A DNA stretch of 64,000 bases from Candidatus Eiseniibacteriota bacterium (GTDB taxonomy: Bacteria; Joyebacterota; Joyebacteria; Joyebacterales; Joyebacteraceae), in contig JBDRIO010000003.1 in the NCBI GenBank assembly GCA_043815815.1, positions 28,360 to 92,359 on the forward strand, written 5' to 3'. Shown here one piece after another: positions 1-8,024 of the stretch. A program made the translations under genes and the position numbers. Under the pieces are notes generated by a model that saw nothing but the letters and a program-made list of their open reading frames with translations, ran no database searches and was not told where the DNA came from. Position 1 is the first letter of the stretch. The number at the start of each line of letters is the position of its first letter.

Positions 1-524
1 AGGCAGTAGAAGGCGCTCCCCTCCTCGCTCGCCCTCACGCCGCGCGACGAGACGACCGCCTTCTCCCCCCTGCGACCGGACAACTCCCCGGCGTCGACCG
101 TGACGCGCGGGTCCGACCCGCGCGCCGCGCGGAGCATGTCCAGCGCCCTCTCGACGGCTTCTCCCACCCCGAAGGAGGACGCTGCGGGGTCCAGAATGCC
201 GTCGCGTTGCGTGAGAGGCGTCGGATCGGGAAGTCCGTTGTGTTCATCGGGCGGCGCCGCTCCCGCGATGCCGAGCGCCCGCTCTACGGACTCGCGAACG
301 GCGTCCTCCTCGAACGTGTTGGCGAACGCGAACCCCGCTCCCCCGCCGCGGAACACCCGCAGCCCCAGACCGTCGCTCTTGATGCTCTTGGCGATCTGAA
401 TGTCGTTCTTCGACAGCTGAACGTCGACCCGGTCGCCGCGGACTGCGAAGGCCTCCGCCTCGTCGGCGCCCGCGTCGAGTGCTGCCTGGACCGCGCGGTC
501 GCAGATGGTGAGGAGTTCGTCCAT
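1..524 (-). CDS. TldD/PmbA-family protease subunit (PmbA/TldE-like), N-terminal part; the gene runs off the left edge
   Basis: Absent from the ORF track because there is no stop inside the window. The minus-strand ATG at 524..522 has GGGAGG just upstream. Hand translation gives MDELLTICDRAVQAALDAGADEAEAFAVRGDRVDVQLSKNDIQIAKSIKSDGLGLRVFRGGGAGFAFANTF... and stays open to nt 1 (174 codons plus 2 nt). It sits directly downstream of tldD, as in tldD-pmbA pairs. Confidence 0.65.
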   Translation of the reverse strand, partial: MDELLTICDRAVQAALDAGADEAEAFAVRGDRVDVQLSKNDIQIAKSIKSDGLGLRVFRGGGAGFAFANTFEEDAVRESVERALGIAGAAPPDEHNGLPDPTPLTQRDGILDPAASSFGVGEAVERALDMLRAARGSDPRVTVDAGELSGRRGEKAVVSSRGVRASEEGSAFYC

Positions 525-646
525 CGATGCCTCCCGCTGGATGTGAGTTCCGGCGTCTCCGGCCCGCGACGTACGGTGTCGTTCAGGCCCTTTCGTTGGA
601 CGCGGGCGTCCTGGCGCCCGCCGACCGCGACGCCGCGGCGGCCGAT

Positions 647-2059
647 CTAACGCCCGCCGACCACGACGTTGCAGCGGACGTGCGAGCCCCCGCCGTCGAC
701 CTTGGCCGGCTGGCCCTTGCCGCAGTGGCCCGTGCCCAGGGCCCACTCGAAGTCGCGGCCGACCATGTCGACGCTCTTGAGGACGTCGAAGGCGTCGCCC
801 GAGATTGACGCGCCGCGAAGCAATCCGCCCAGCTTCCCGCCCTTGATCTCGTACGCCTCGGACACGCCGAACATGAACTCGGCGTTCGCGTCGGCCTGCC
901 CGCTTCCGGCTCCGGCAAGGAAGAACCCGTCGTCGATGCTGGCTATCATCTCCTCCAGCGCCGAGTCGCCGGGCTCGACGCAGGTGTTGCGCATGCGTAT
1001 CAGAGGCTCATCGTCGTAGAGCCACGCGCGCGCGTTCCCGGTCGGAGCGACGCCGAACACGGCGGCCGTCTCCCGATCGTGCAGATACGACCGGAGCACG
1101 CCGCGCTCGATGACGACCGTCTTGCCGGCGGGCACGCCTTCGTCGTCCACGAGCGTGACGCCCCCGGCGGAGGTCCTACCGATGTACGGAGGGCCGCTGT
1201 CGACGAGGGTCACGAGGTCGCTCGCCACACGCTCGCCCAGCTTCCCGCTCACGGCCGATCCGGAGAGGACGAAATCCGCCTCCACCGTGTGGCCGACCGC
1301 CTCGTGCGCCAGCAGGCCCACGAGCTCGGGGTTCAGGATGACGGTGGCCGGGCCGCCCGGCGCGTAGGGCGCCGCGAGGAGGTCCACGGCGGTCCTGCCG
1401 GCGTGCTCGGCGATCTTCTCGGGGGTCCACACCTCGAAGAGATCGGCCCAGCCGCCGGTGACCCCGTTGCCCTTCCAGCCCACGGTCATGTCGCCGTCCT
1501 TCTCGGCCACGGCGCTCCCCATGAACTCGAGCTTGGAGTCGGTCAGGTGTGCGTCCGCTCCGTCGGTCGACACGATCCACTTCTCGTCCATGATTTCCGT
1601 GTAGCGACACATGGCCGAGCGGATCGACGGTGAGGAGGTTCTGATGCGCTGCTCCGTGTCGACCACTAGCGCCGTCTTCTCTTCGGTCGAGCGCGTCGTG
1701 ACGTCGCTCGCGTCCCCCGTCGAGAAGTCGCCGACAGCGAGCGCGCAATCGGCAAGTCTCTCGACCTTCGTGACCTTGCCTCCGGCGGACTTCTCCGCGG
1801 ACGCGGTGGCGTCCCGCACTGCGTCCGCTATGCCCTGCCTGGTCAGCCTGGCCGTCCCCGAGAAGCCCCAGGTCCCGTCAACGAGCACGCGCACGCCGAC
1901 GCCGCGGACGCGCCGGGAAGCCGCGGACTCGACGACGCCCTTGCGGACCGTCACCTGGAGCGAGCGCCTGTCGTGCAGGCGGAGCTCGACCCAGCTCTTC
2001 GATTCGCTAACGATGGACTTCAGAATGTCGCGCATGCGCATCCTCTCAGGTCGCGGCAC
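647..2059 (-). CDS. tldD: TldD-type metalloprotease
   Basis: 470-aa ORF with the HEAVGHTVEADF (HExxGH) zinc motif and family-typical length. A second family member lies downstream. Confidence 0.9.
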   Translation of the reverse strand: MPRPERMRMRDILKSIVSESKSWVELRLHDRRSLQVTVRKGVVESAASRRVRGVGVRVLVDGTWGFSGTARLTRQGIADAVRDATASAEKSAGGKVTKVERLADCALAVGDFSTGDASDVTTRSTEEKTALVVDTEQRIRTSSPSIRSAMCRYTEIMDEKWIVSTDGADAHLTDSKLEFMGSAVAEKDGDMTVGWKGNGVTGGWADLFEVWTPEKIAEHAGRTAVDLLAAPYAPGGPATVILNPELVGLLAHEAVGHTVEADFVLSGSAVSGKLGERVASDLVTLVDSGPPYIGRTSAGGVTLVDDEGVPAGKTVVIERGVLRSYLHDRETAAVFGVAPTGNARAWLYDDEPLIRMRNTCVEPGDSALEEMIASIDDGFFLAGAGSGQADANAEFMFGVSEAYEIKGGKLGGLLRGASISGDAFDVLKSVDMVGRDFEWALGTGHCGKGQPAKVDGGGSHVRCNVVVGGR

Positions 2060-2138
2060 GGGTCACCCCGGCTGGCGCCGGGTCGGGCCCCGCCGCGGGA
2101 AGGCGGACGGGCCTCGCGGCGGCGCCTGGCCTGGACAC

Positions 2139-4529
2139 TCACTCTCCGTCTCCGGCGGGGAAGCCGGTCGTCAGGTGCGGCACGTACAGCGAGCCCGACA
2201 GCGGAGGAAGTGTCACCGTGAAGCTGACACCGTCGAGCGTCGGGCGCACCGGCACCATGGTGCCGTGCAGGAGGTCGTTGACGGCGTCGAACACGCTCTC
2301 CGTCTCCCCGACCGGTCCGCTGTACGTGTCGGGACCCAGGGGGACGGTGACCGTCGCCTCCTCGAGACCCACGTTCATCACGACCACGATGTCGCCCGCG
2401 TCTCCGCGACGCCGGTACGAGTAGACGCGGTCCCGCGCGACCAGGGTCTCGAAGCCGCCGTAGACCAGAACGGGGAATCGCTTCCGGAAGGCCGCCAGCC
2501 GTGAGAATCGGTTGTGGAGCTTCGCCTTCTCCGCGTCCTCGCCCCACTTCCAGTCGAACGGCCGCCTGCAGTCCGGGTCGTGCGCGCCTTCCATTCCGAT
2601 CTCGTCCCCGTAGTAGATGGCCGGCGCGCCCACGTATGTCATCGCGAAGAGCGCAGCGAGCTCGAGCCGTCGCAGATCTCCTCCCGCCGTCGTCAGGAAC
2701 CGCTCCGTGTCGTGGCTGCCGATGAGGTTCATCTGGGCGAGCACACCCTCTTCCGGATAGATGTGGCGTCCCGGGGCGAGCTCGCGGTCGAACTGCGTGG
2801 CGGTGATCTCGCCGCGGCAGATGAACCGCAGCACCGGGTCCCGGAAGAACTTGTAGTTCATGACGGCGTCGAAGTACTTGCCGTTCACCCAGTCGGGCGA
2901 CGCCCCCCACAGCTCGCCCAATATGTACGCATCGGGCTTCGTCTCCCGCACCCTCTCTCTGAAGAGTTCCCAGAACCAGAAAGGCACCTCTCCGGCCACG
3001 TCCAGACGGTATCCGTCGATGTCCATGTCCGCGAGCCAGAACTCCGTCACGTCCAGGAGGTGGTCGACGAGAGGCCGATTGGGCACCGCATCTTCCAAGT
3101 CCCGCACCGAGTGCTCGTCCGGGTTCGCGCGCGAAAGGTCGAAGTTCAGGTTCGGCATCTGTCCGAAGCCCCACCAGCAGTCGTAGTAGTCGAGTGGATT
3201 CTCGGGCGTCGACCCCGGTCCGCCGGGCACGGGCCACGTCTTCCACTCGTACCAGTTCCAGTACTCCGAGTCGGAGCCCTTCTCCCTTCCGTCCACGAAG
3301 GCCCAGTAGGTGTGACCCGTGTGGTTGACGGCAAGGTCGATGATGACGCGCATGCCGTGCTCGTGACACTCGTCGACCAGACCTCTGAACTCCTCGTTCG
3401 TGCCGAAGTGCGGGTCGACCTCCAAGTAGCTCGCCGCGTCGTACTTGTGGTTGCTCTTGGACGTGAAGATCGGATTGAAGTAGATGACCGTGACGCCGAG
3501 TTCGTACAGATAGGAGAGATTCTGCCTGACGCCCTCTATGTCGCCCCCGTAGAACGAGTTCCAGTCCGGCTTCCCATCGGTCTTGTACGGGCTCCGCCTG
3601 AGTCCTCCGTGGTCGTACCAGTCGTCGACGAGATGGAAGTACTCGCCGTTGGTCGTGCCCGACGGCGGCAGCTCACCGAGGCCCTTGTAGTACCACTCCG
3701 AGAAATCGGGATCGTTCGTCGCGTCGCCGTTGGCAAAGCGCTCGGGGAAGATCTGATAGATGACGCCTTCTTTGATCCAGTCGGGCGTCGAGAACGAAGA
3801 GAGCGACGAGACGTCGAACTCGAACCACCCGGCACAACAGACGTCGGAGGCCGCGCCCACGCTCCCGAAGAAGACCGACGACTCCCCGTCGACGACCCGG
3901 AAGGCGTACGCTCCGTCGTTGGCGAGTTCCGGACCGACGGTGATCTCGAAGTAGTCGTGGGTGCCGTCCGAGTCCGTGGGACCTGCAGGCGGGAAGGGAG
4001 GCTTCTCTCCCGCTCCCTTGATGAACACCTCCACGCCCTCCACGTCGCCGGCCCAGGCCCGCATCCTGAGCGTCACGCTGCCGTCGTCGTTCAGCTCGCG
4101 CTCCATAGCGTTCTGACCGTGCGCGAACCCGTCCGTCAGCATCTCGCCGTCGCCGCGCGCGATGACGAGAGGCGGGAACGAGTCGTCCACGAGGATGACC
4201 GAGTTCATCCCACCGTAGCCGTCGGGATGAAAGCCTGCCGCCTTCTCGTCGGTGATCCACTGGGCGTCGGCGACGAACTTGTACTGGTAGTCTCCGGGCG
4301 AGAGAGGGAGCGTGACCTCGAAGTGGCCGTCCACCTCCCTCATCTCCGTCGCCTCTGAGCTCCACTCGTTGAACGTACCGGCGAGGAAGACGCGGTCGAA
4401 GTCGCGGTCGGGTTCGAACGTGAACGTGACGAGCCTCAAGGGCGCGTCCGGCGCGGCGTGGCACGGACAGACGGCCAACACGAACAGGACGGCCGTCAAC
4501 GTCAACGTGACGGATGTTGAGATGCGCAC
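2139..4529 (-). CDS. Secreted GH13 alpha-amylase-family glycoside hydrolase with an N-terminal CBM48-like glycogen/starch-binding module
   Basis: 796-aa ORF with a signal peptide (MRISTSVTLTLTAVLFVLAVCPCHA). GH13 conserved regions are DLAVNHTGH, GYRLDVAGE, ILGELWG and LIGSHDTERF. The N-terminal FLAGTFNEWS...GDYQYKFVADAQW module is present. Confidence 0.9.
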   Translation of the reverse strand: MRISTSVTLTLTAVLFVLAVCPCHAAPDAPLRLVTFTFEPDRDFDRVFLAGTFNEWSSEATEMREVDGHFEVTLPLSPGDYQYKFVADAQWITDEKAAGFHPDGYGGMNSVILVDDSFPPLVIARGDGEMLTDGFAHGQNAMERELNDDGSVTLRMRAWAGDVEGVEVFIKGAGEKPPFPPAGPTDSDGTHDYFEITVGPELANDGAYAFRVVDGESSVFFGSVGAASDVCCAGWFEFDVSSLSSFSTPDWIKEGVIYQIFPERFANGDATNDPDFSEWYYKGLGELPPSGTTNGEYFHLVDDWYDHGGLRRSPYKTDGKPDWNSFYGGDIEGVRQNLSYLYELGVTVIYFNPIFTSKSNHKYDAASYLEVDPHFGTNEEFRGLVDECHEHGMRVIIDLAVNHTGHTYWAFVDGREKGSDSEYWNWYEWKTWPVPGGPGSTPENPLDYYDCWWGFGQMPNLNFDLSRANPDEHSVRDLEDAVPNRPLVDHLLDVTEFWLADMDIDGYRLDVAGEVPFWFWELFRERVRETKPDAYILGELWGASPDWVNGKYFDAVMNYKFFRDPVLRFICRGEITATQFDRELAPGRHIYPEEGVLAQMNLIGSHDTERFLTTAGGDLRRLELAALFAMTYVGAPAIYYGDEIGMEGAHDPDCRRPFDWKWGEDAEKAKLHNRFSRLAAFRKRFPVLVYGGFETLVARDRVYSYRRRGDAGDIVVVMNVGLEEATVTVPLGPDTYSGPVGETESVFDAVNDLLHGTMVPVRPTLDGVSFTVTLPPLSGSLYVPHLTTGFPAGDGE

Positions 4530-4722
4530 TGGTGTGCCTCCTGCATGCGCGGTCGACGGCGAGCACGGACACGACTCGCGTCGCCGGCAGCTCGCAGTGA
4601 TGCCGGAACGTCGACGGACCCGGCGCTACGACGGCGTCCTCGGGAGACCGGGTCTCGATGAACCTGGGGGAACGATGATTGTACCGGAGGCCCGGGGAAC
4701 GGGCAAGGAGGGAGCGGGAGCG

Positions 4723-5919
4723 CTACGACAGGCCGTCGAAGTCGAAGTCCTCGCGGGCCACGGCGTCGCCCCAGCGACTGACGTCCGTGCGCTTCTGGAC
4801 CAGGTCGTTCAGCTGTGTGACGCCCGTTCCGGAACCGACGACCATGGCTCCCGCGATGGCGCCGTCCTTGACGACGACCTTTCTGTAGATGCCGGCCTCC
4901 CGGTCCTCGTGGACGTGTTCCGAGCAGGACGGGTCGGAGCACGACGTCTCTCCCACGGAGAAGACGTCGATGCCGGCTATCTTGAGCGTGTTGTACGAGA
5001 CCGCCGTTGGTCCGCCCGCCGAGGCCACGCCGGCGATGCACCGGGCGGCGGCCTCGGCCTGCGCGGTGGCGACCGGAATGTTGCCGCCGGGCATGCCCGG
5101 AAGCTCCGCGACGTCGCCCGCCGCGAACACGGAAGGCGCGCTCGTTCTCATTTCCGGGTCCACGACGATGCCGCGTCCGATCTCGATGCCGCTGTCCTCG
5201 ACGAATCCGACGGCGCTTCGGATCCCGGTCGAGATGAGGACCAGCTCGCCGGGGTAGACCGTGCCGTCGTCCAGCGAAACGCCCGTGGCTCCTCCGCTGC
5301 CTTCGATGCGCGACACCTTCGCTGAGGCGCGGACGTCGATTCCCATGCGCTTGACGTCCTCGCTCAGGATCTGACCCGCCCTCTCGTCCAGCTGTCTCGG
5401 AAGGAGCCAGTCGGCGCCTTCCAGAACGGTGACGCCCAGCCCCGCCAGCTCGAGCCCCCTGGCGGTCTCCAGGCCGAGGAGTCCGCCGCCTATGACGACG
5501 GCGCGCCGGGAGCCGGTCGCGCGGTCGCGTATCGCCAACGCGTCGTCGATCGTGCGCAGCACGAAGACGCCCGCCAGGTCAGCGCCTTCGATCGGCGGAA
5601 CGAACGGGTCCGCTCCGCTCGCAAGAAGGAGCGTTCCGTAGCCGACGCGCCGCCCCCCCTCCAGAGTGATCGCACGGGCGTCGACGTCGACAGACGTCAC
5701 GGGCTCGGACACCCGAACATCGATCTTCCGTTCGCTGTACCAGTCTCTGTCGTGGGCGATGATGTCGGCGGGATTGACCTCTCCCGCAACAAGATCAGGG
5801 AGCCGCGGCCTGTAGTAGTACAGGTACGGCTCCCGCGTGTAGATCTCAATCCTGACGTCGGGGTCCAGCTCGCGTATGCCGCGTGCCGCGGTTATCCCGG
5901 CGACGCCTGCGCCTACCAC
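4723..5919 (-). CDS. FAD/NAD(P)H pyridine-nucleotide-disulfide oxidoreductase, rubredoxin-reductase-like
   Basis: The GAGVAGITAA dinucleotide fold sits at the very N-terminus, with a second VVIGGGLLGLE fold. The gene is immediately downstream of rubredoxin. The true start is probably a few codons upstream (the frame reads ...STIVVVGAGVAG with a non-ATG start). Confidence 0.8.
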   Translation of the reverse strand: MVGAGVAGITAARGIRELDPDVRIEIYTREPYLYYYRPRLPDLVAGEVNPADIIAHDRDWYSERKIDVRVSEPVTSVDVDARAITLEGGRRVGYGTLLLASGADPFVPPIEGADLAGVFVLRTIDDALAIRDRATGSRRAVVIGGGLLGLETARGLELAGLGVTVLEGADWLLPRQLDERAGQILSEDVKRMGIDVRASAKVSRIEGSGGATGVSLDDGTVYPGELVLISTGIRSAVGFVEDSGIEIGRGIVVDPEMRTSAPSVFAAGDVAELPGMPGGNIPVATAQAEAAARCIAGVASAGGPTAVSYNTLKIAGIDVFSVGETSCSDPSCSEHVHEDREAGIYRKVVVKDGAIAGAMVVGSGTGVTQLNDLVQKRTDVSRWGDAVAREDFDFDGLS

Positions 5920-5940
5920 TACGATTGTCGAAGACAGGGC

Positions 5941-6099
5941 CTACATCTCCTCGAACTGGTCCTTGGTCGCCCCGCACACCGGGCACACCCAGTCGGCGGG
6001 CACGTCTGCGAACGGTGTGTTAGGGGGCACGCCGTTGTCAGGGTCGCCGACGGCGGGATCGTAAACGTAGCCGCAGACAGAGCACTTGTACTTCTTCAA
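5941..6099 (-). CDS. Rubredoxin
   Basis: Below the ORF-track length cutoff. Hand translation from TTG at 6099 (GGAGG 7 nt upstream) gives [52 protein letters not shown]. It has two CxxCG knuckles. Confidence 0.9.
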   Translation of the reverse strand: MKKYKCSVCGYVYDPAVGDPDNGVPPNTPFADVPADWVCPVCGATKDQFEEM

Positions 6100-6113
6100 T
6101 GTGGGACCTCCGT

Positions 6114-6626
6114 TCACTTGTCCTTACCGGCGAGTCTCTTCCTGAGACTCGTCAGGCGCTTCGTGATCTCCACGACGTGGCCCTTCTCCTCGTCGATCAG
6201 CCTCTTGAGAGCGTCCTTCGTCTTCTTCTTGCTGGTCGCAGCGTGGGCCTCGGTGTAGTAGAGGACGGCGTCCTTCTCAACCTGCAGGGCAAGCTCGAGC
6301 GCCCTCTCGGGATCGTACTTGCGCCTGCCGGACTTCTCCATCTCGGCGATGCTCCTGAAGATCCCTCCGTCGACGATCGAGCACACGTAGCGAGAGACGT
6401 CCGCGTCGTGGTCCACGGGCTTGGCGCCCATGCCGCCCGCGGTCTGGAGCTCCATCGACTCGAAAAAGGCCAGATGCTGCTCCTCGTCGCGAGCGAGTCT
6501 CTTGAACACGCGCTTCGTGGCAGTGTCGGTGGCTCTCTCCGCCATCTTCGTGTAGAACTCGAGTCCCGCCTCTTCTATGCACATCCCGACCCTGAAGACC
6601 TCGTCCTCGTTCAGGTACTCGATCAT
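6114..6626 (-). CDS. Ferritin-like di-iron protein (rubrerythrin family, no rubredoxin domain)
   Basis: 170-aa ORF with two E...ExxH half-sites (ARDEEQH and IDEEKGH). It lies in an operon with rubredoxin. Confidence 0.75.
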   Translation of the reverse strand: MIEYLNEDEVFRVGMCIEEAGLEFYTKMAERATDTATKRVFKRLARDEEQHLAFFESMELQTAGGMGAKPVDHDADVSRYVCSIVDGGIFRSIAEMEKSGRRKYDPERALELALQVEKDAVLYYTEAHAATSKKKTKDALKRLIDEEKGHVVEITKRLTSLRKRLAGKDK

Positions 6627-6669
6627 TCGGACCCTCCGTTGCCGATCCCCGCCCGTCCGGGCAGCGAAC

Positions 6670-7122
6670 TCAGTTCTCCGACAAGACGTGTTCGTCGTAT
6701 TCCTTCTCCAGAGCCAGCTTGTGCTTCGCCTCTTCCTGCGCCAGCATCTCGAAGACGCGCTTGAGCGCAGACTCCGTCGTGTTGGATGCGAGAATCGTGT
6801 AGAGGTTGTGCGCCCCCTCCTCGCGCTTCATCGCGACGGTCAGCACGTCCTGGTAGTCCATGTCGGCCGTGATCTCCACGCTGTCACTGTAGTCTGAGAT
6901 CCTGAGGTCAGGGATCTTCACGATGTGGGCGCCGTCGAGCGTCTCGAGGTCGATGCCCTGGAGCTTCCGCTTGTGTCGCTCCTCCTGCGCGGCGAACTCG
7001 AGGAGCATGGCCCTGACGTGAGCCCGCTTCACGATCGAGCTGGCCGTCGTGTAGGCGTCGACCGCCTCCTGTTCCTTCTCGATGGCAAAGGCCACCACCT
7101 CGTCGAACTGCCTTCTGTTCAC
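6670..7122 (-). CDS. Ferritin-like di-iron protein (rubrerythrin family)
   Basis: Start trimmed to GTG at 7122 (GGGAGGG 4 nt upstream), downstream of the promoter at 7171..7199. Half-sites are AAQEERH and LAQEEAKH. The 242-aa track ORF extension is read-through of an upstream DNA repeat. Confidence 0.7.
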   Translation of the reverse strand: MNRRQFDEVVAFAIEKEQEAVDAYTTASSIVKRAHVRAMLLEFAAQEERHKRKLQGIDLETLDGAHIVKIPDLRISDYSDSVEITADMDYQDVLTVAMKREEGAHNLYTILASNTTESALKRVFEMLAQEEAKHKLALEKEYDEHVLSEN

Positions 7123-7170
7123 TGATCCCTCCCCGAAGTCACAGGCTCCAGGCGCCTCGCGGCCCGAATG

Positions 7171-7199
7171 AGAATAGCGGGCCGCGTCGCTCAGGTCAA
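7171..7199 (-). promoter_or_regulatory. Sigma70-type promoter of the ferritin-like/rubredoxin operon
   Basis: The minus strand reads TTGACC (7199..7194), a 17-nt spacer, then TATTCT (7176..7171). It is about 45 nt upstream of the GTG start. Confidence 0.55.
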
Positions 7200-7234
7200 C
7201 GCCCAAGGAGCCCGCCGCCGCCCGCGCTGCAGGG

Positions 7235-7300
7235 GGCCCGCGGTCGGGTGTGACAAGAGAACCGCCAGGCCCGCGGTCGGGCGTGACAAGAGAACCGCCG
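7235..7300. repeat. 33-bp direct tandem repeat, 2 copies, upstream of the operon promoter
   Basis: Copy 1 is ggcccgcggtcgggtgtgacaagagaaccgcca (7235..7267). Copy 2 is ggcccgcggtcgggcgtgacaagagaaccgccg (7268..7300). There are 2 mismatches. Confidence 0.9.
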
Positions 7301-7328
7301 CGTGTCGCGAGGACGCCGCGGCGGTTCT
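7291..7328. other. 12-bp-stem inverted repeat overlapping the end of repeat copy 2
   Basis: agaaccgccgcg (7291..7302) and cgcggcggttct (7317..7328) are perfectly complementary, with a 14-nt loop. This gives a third copy of the GGCGGTTCT core in the minus-strand sense. Confidence 0.8.
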
Positions 7329-7464
7329 TCTGTTCTAGGCCTCCGGGAGCACGGTCAAGGGTAGGAGCAGGGCTGCGGCTGACGCTTAGTCTTGGCACTC
7401 ATTTCTAGCCCGTCTTCGCTCGACGTACCCCCAGAGGCTCGATCTCTGTCTGTTCGTTTAGATG

Positions 7465-7500
7465 CGAAAAGCGACGACCGGAATCACACATTCCGGTCGC
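7465..7500 (-). terminator. Intrinsic terminator (minus strand)
   Basis: The minus strand reads GCGACCGGAAU-GUGUG-AUUCCGGUCGUCGC followed by UUUUCG. Confidence 0.65.
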
Positions 7501-7724
7501 TGGCAACGCTGGCACATGTGGCGGAGAACTCGGAGGACGCGGGGCGCGGCCTGTTGCGCCAGGCGCGCGCACGTCCCGACGCGGACGGACACGTCCGACC
7601 GCACAGAAACTGAGGGACTCGGCATCCCAGCCGTGAACTCCGCCGCTGCATTGTCGTGGTGAATCCCTGGTTCTGAAACAGGTCGGGCTTCTCGTCCGGT
7701 CGAGAAGAGAACCTCGGTGGGTTC
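7466..7724 (-). ncRNA. Candidate small non-coding RNA of roughly 260 nt, family unknown
   Basis: Bounded by the TTGACC-17-TAAATT promoter (7759..7731) and the terminator (7500..7465). No credible ORF or Shine-Dalgarno site is present, and several GC hairpins occur. The 5' end is inferred only. Confidence 0.35.
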
Positions 7725-7730
7725 GATGAC

Positions 7731-7759
7731 AATTTACCACCGAACCCGGGGAAGGTCAA
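7731..7759 (-). promoter_or_regulatory. Sigma70-type promoter (minus strand)
   Basis: TTGACC (7759..7754), a 17-nt spacer, then TAAATT (7736..7731). Confidence 0.5.
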
Positions 7760-7900
7760 GGCAATTCCTCGTTCGGCGGCGACGCGTGACCGGACTCCCT
7801 TCACTCCCGGAGCGGCTTCCTGCGTGACCGCGGGTCACATTCGCGCGACCGCTCCGCTCGCCGAAAGGACCGATCTGATCGGCTGTCCCAGAACCGCCCT

Positions 7901-7929
7901 TTGTGTGGGCTGAGTGAGCGTTGTACAAT
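7901..7929 (+). promoter_or_regulatory. Sigma70-type promoter for the GldG-like gene
   Basis: TTGTGT (7901..7906), a 17-nt spacer, then TACAAT (7924..7929). Confidence 0.45.
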
Positions 7930-8024
7930 GCGCCATCGCTGCCCGAACCGTCGCGCAGAAGGTCACCGCGAGGTCCGCTGAGTCACCCGTGTCCGGGATT
8001 CTCCGAAAGGACGGACGAACCCAA

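Noticed and set aside
2020-4358. ORFs of 449 aa (minus, off-frame) and 614 aa (plus) overlapping the GH13 gene
   Set aside because: The GH13 frame carries all four family motifs plus a signal peptide. The alternatives are Arg-rich and motif-free.
6670-7398. A 242-aa version of the ferritin-like gene with an N-terminal GGSLVTPDRGP x2 peptide repeat
   Set aside because: The extension is translation through the 33-bp DNA repeat and through the promoter. A GTG with a strong SD at 7122 gives a normal 150-aa ferritin-like protein.
7715-7727. A shared 13-mer CGGTGGGTTCGAT (also at 33629..33617 on the minus strand) resembling a tRNA T-arm
   Set aside because: Neither copy has a complementary T-stem at the correct spacing or any cloverleaf context. 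A single 13-mer match between two sites in 64 kb (both strands) is expected by chance.
7484-7804. A small Cys/Arg-rich peptide (MQRRSSRLGCRVPQFLCGRTCPS..., 55 codons) inside the candidate sRNA
   Set aside because: It has no Shine-Dalgarno site, its codon third-position bias is weaker than in neighbouring genes, and its composition resembles off-frame noise.
7400-7930. RNase P RNA, tmRNA, SRP RNA or cobalamin riboswitch in the roughly 500-nt non-coding gap
   Set aside because: I looked on both strands for GAGGAAAGUCCGG / ACAGAACCCGGCUUA (RNase P), a GGGG..UUCGAC 5' end with a ..UCCACCA 3' end (tmRNA), GGAAGCAGCC (SRP) and AGGGAA..GGUG..AAUCC..GCCACUG (cobalamin). I found only weak partial resemblances, at the wrong spacings.
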